A stretch of 32,000 nt of DNA from Candidatus Poseidoniaceae archaeon (GTDB lineage: Archaea > Thermoplasmatota > Poseidoniia > Poseidoniales > Poseidoniaceae), in contig CALSTM010000001.1 of the NCBI GenBank assembly GCA_943789275.1, positions 210,001 through 242,000 on the forward strand, written 5' to 3'. Position numbers and translations under genes: made by a program. Below are positions 31,233 to 32,000 of the stretch, piece by piece. Under the pieces are notes generated by a model, which saw nothing but the letters and a program-made list of their open reading frames with translations, was not told where the DNA came from and did not search any database. Each line of letters opens with the position of its first letter. Position 1 is the stretch's first letter.

Positions 31233-31661
31233 TCACTGCTTGTTTTCGAGCCTGATGTAATTGACTTGACTTACTGCGACTAATTTTCCGTTCGTATCGT
31301 AAAGGTCAGCACGAGCGAGACACATTGTTCGCCCAATTCGAACAACATGGGCTTTGCAAACGACGTCCGTATGACAAGGTCGCAAAAATCGTATATTGAA
31401 ATCAGTCGTAGCAACGTGTGCATCCGCTCCGATTTCGGTTAAAATCGACCAACAGGTAACCGTGTCAGCGATTGTTCCAAGCATCCCTCCATGGAATGTT
31501 TCGTAAATACCATCCCAGCGCTTATGGCGTGGGACGGTCGCTTCACAATGGCCCTTTTCCAGTTTGTTAATTTTCATGCCAAGGGTTTCCACAATTGGAA
31601 TCGATTGAATCCTTGCATCGAGGGATTGGAGTTGTTCATCGGTCAATGTCGCACTGTTCAC
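31233..31661 (-). CDS. PaaI/hotdog-fold acyl-CoA thioesterase
   Basis: IPIVETLGMKI...LEKGHCEA...ETFHGGMLGTIADTV...GRTMCLARADL is the canonical PaaI-family pattern. Length is 142 aa. Confidence 0.85.
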   Translation of the reverse strand: MNSATLTDEQLQSLDARIQSIPIVETLGMKINKLEKGHCEATVPRHKRWDGIYETFHGGMLGTIADTVTCWSILTEIGADAHVATTDFNIRFLRPCHTDVVCKAHVVRIGRTMCLARADLYDTNGKLVAVSQVNYIRLENKQ

Positions 31662-31670
31662 AGCATCACC

Positions 31671-32000
31671 TCAGATAAGGTTGAGTTTTGGGCCAACTTT
31701 TTCGAACAGTCGAAGCACTTCGTCGAGATCATCTCGGGTTAGGCCGGCAGACATTTGCGTTCGAATTCTGGCTTTGTCTCTGGCCACCATTGGAAACACG
31801 ATGGCTCCAGCCATGACTCCTTCATCCCCGAGGGCCTTAGTCATGGCTTTGGCTACGCTTGATTCTCCACACATCACTGGTATAATCGGTGTGACGGAAT
31901 TCCCTGTATCAAATCCGAGCGATTGCAGTTCTTTTCTGAAGTAGTCGGTATTTTCCCACAGCCGTGCGTGGTGTTGTGGCTCATCCATGAGGACTTCAAT
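31671..32000 (-). CDS. kbl: Glycine C-acetyltransferase / 2-amino-3-ketobutyrate CoA ligase, C-terminal part (gene runs off the window)
   Basis: RLWENTDYFRKELQSLGF...TPIIPVM.GE...FPMVARDKARIRTQMSAGLTRDDLDEV closely parallels the Kbl C-terminus (ARIRTQMSAAHT). The frame stays open to position 32000. Confidence 0.8.
   Translation of the reverse strand: MEVLMDEPQHHARLWENTDYFRKELQSLGFDTGNSVTPIIPVMCGESSVAKAMTKALGDEGVMAGAIVFPMVARDKARIRTQMSAGLTRDDLDEVLRLFEKVGPKLNLI

Overview
This is a gene-dense chromosomal segment (about 90% coding) that is clearly archaeal. It carries TFIIB/TFB, ribosomal protein eL40, an archaeal/eukaryal-type PheRS alpha subunit, AT-rich TATA-like boxes about 22-30 nt upstream of start codons, and GGTGA-type Shine-Dalgarno sequences. 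The gene content (giant fasciclin surface protein, TspO, bacterial-type lipid head-group enzymes) suggests a planktonic euryarchaeote or Thermoplasmatota-like organism, but that is inference only. Most genes are housekeeping: tfb, purA, pheS, folD, citrate synthase, an AspC-type aminotransferase, a DEAD-box helicase, tatC, kbl, tRNA-Ala(UGC) and tRNA-Thr(UGU). I saw no transposase, integrase, CRISPR array or rRNA. Six things deserve a second look. (1) Three genes at 25265-29726 are joined by ATGA stop/start overlaps: a DUF835-like protein, a DnaA/Hda-family AAA+ protein whose Walker A reads GRT, and a YkgJ-type CxxCxxCC protein. An SD-sequestering hairpin sits upstream. (2) A roughly 1290-aa surface protein with eight FAS1 domains is built from exact 408-nt tandem units and is broken by a single extra G. 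(3) A TM2-domain gene is frameshifted inside a (CT)6 microsatellite and is divergently paired with a DUF2752 gene. (4) A GDPD phosphodiesterase appears circularly permuted, with the HRG strand moved to the C-terminus. (5) An MBL-fold protein lacks the HxHxDH motif. (6) A 49-aa eL40 gene is missing from the ORF track.
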